The notes under the pieces: model-generated
Databases searched by the model: none
Seen by the model: only the letters and a program-made list of their open reading frames with translations
What the model was told of the DNA's origin: nothing
Shown: in pieces, positions 63,392 to 64,000 of the stretch
Position numbering within the stretch: the stretch's first letter is position 1
How the letters are laid out: each line of letters opens with the position of its first letter
Position numbers and translations under genes: made by a program
Assembly: GCA_030390025.1 (NCBI GenBank)
Contig: CM059430.1
Span: forward strand, 3,968,001 to 4,032,000
Direction of reading: 5' to 3'
Origin: Squalus acanthias
Lineage: Eukaryota
Length of the DNA: 64,000 nt

Positions 63392-64000
63392 GAGATGTTT
63401 TCAGCAGAGAAACCTTTACGATGACTCATTATGCAATGAGCCACAATTCAATAAGCCAGTCACTTTCTTCAGTAACTGTTACTGCAGGTTAGTGGGGTTT
63501 CGATTAGATCAGTCATTTAGAGGGCGGTGTGAATACTCTCACCTAATGGACAAGAAGATAATAAAGTGGTTTAGTATTGGGAGATGACGTGTGAACTGTG
63601 ATAATGGACTGGGGCTGATTTTTTAAAAAGTAACCATCAGATAGCAAGTACATGGAGAGGGAAAAATTGGGAATTATAAATAATGGGGATGACTTTCATC
63701 TCATTACCTCCTCCTGGTGTACACTGAAAAATGGGAGGTACTGATGCAAAGATAAAGCAGCTGCTAGCCCCGCCCAATTTACCGCTGCTTTTATATAGTC
63801 TGATTTTTGGGTGGGAAGGAACTTCATGCGTAAATCTTTATTTCATACCAATCGCAGAGACTCACCAACTTCTATCATTGAATCAGATATCCTCAGCAGC
63901 ATGCTAAACGGTGACTTGAAGTAAATAGGATTACAGCCAATCATGCTCAGAGGTGAAGCTGCGAGCAAAATTAAGCGAGCAGATATCCCCCAATGGCACA

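Overview
Vertebrate genomic DNA, most likely from a cartilaginous fish (inferred from the CR1/L2/DeuSINE-type repeat mix and the conservative protein sequence). The window covers part of the zinc-finger homeobox gene ZFHX3 (ATBF1) on the minus strand: the large first coding exon (27629-24931, ATG at 27583) and the next 497-bp exon (10114-9618). The rest is intron or upstream DNA filled with CR1 LINE fragments of several ages (some nested), L2 fragments, tRNA-derived SINEs (one LF-SINE-like), MITE-like elements and a 52-bp minisatellite. The most striking signal is a set of about 8 short insertions from two sequence families. They carry minimal hammerhead-ribozyme motifs (CUGANGA-stem II-GAA plus a palindromic tetranucleotide), five have 12-14 bp target-site duplications, and three form near-perfect 69-101 bp palindromes with a 30-42 nt unpaired tail that can fold back on the arm. 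This fits Penelope-like retroelement (PLE) pseudo-LTR remnants. The start-codon exon is also bracketed by two nested pairs of inverted CR1 copies and has three upstream AUGs in 46 nt of UTR. All calls were made by eye; no searches or folding programs were run.
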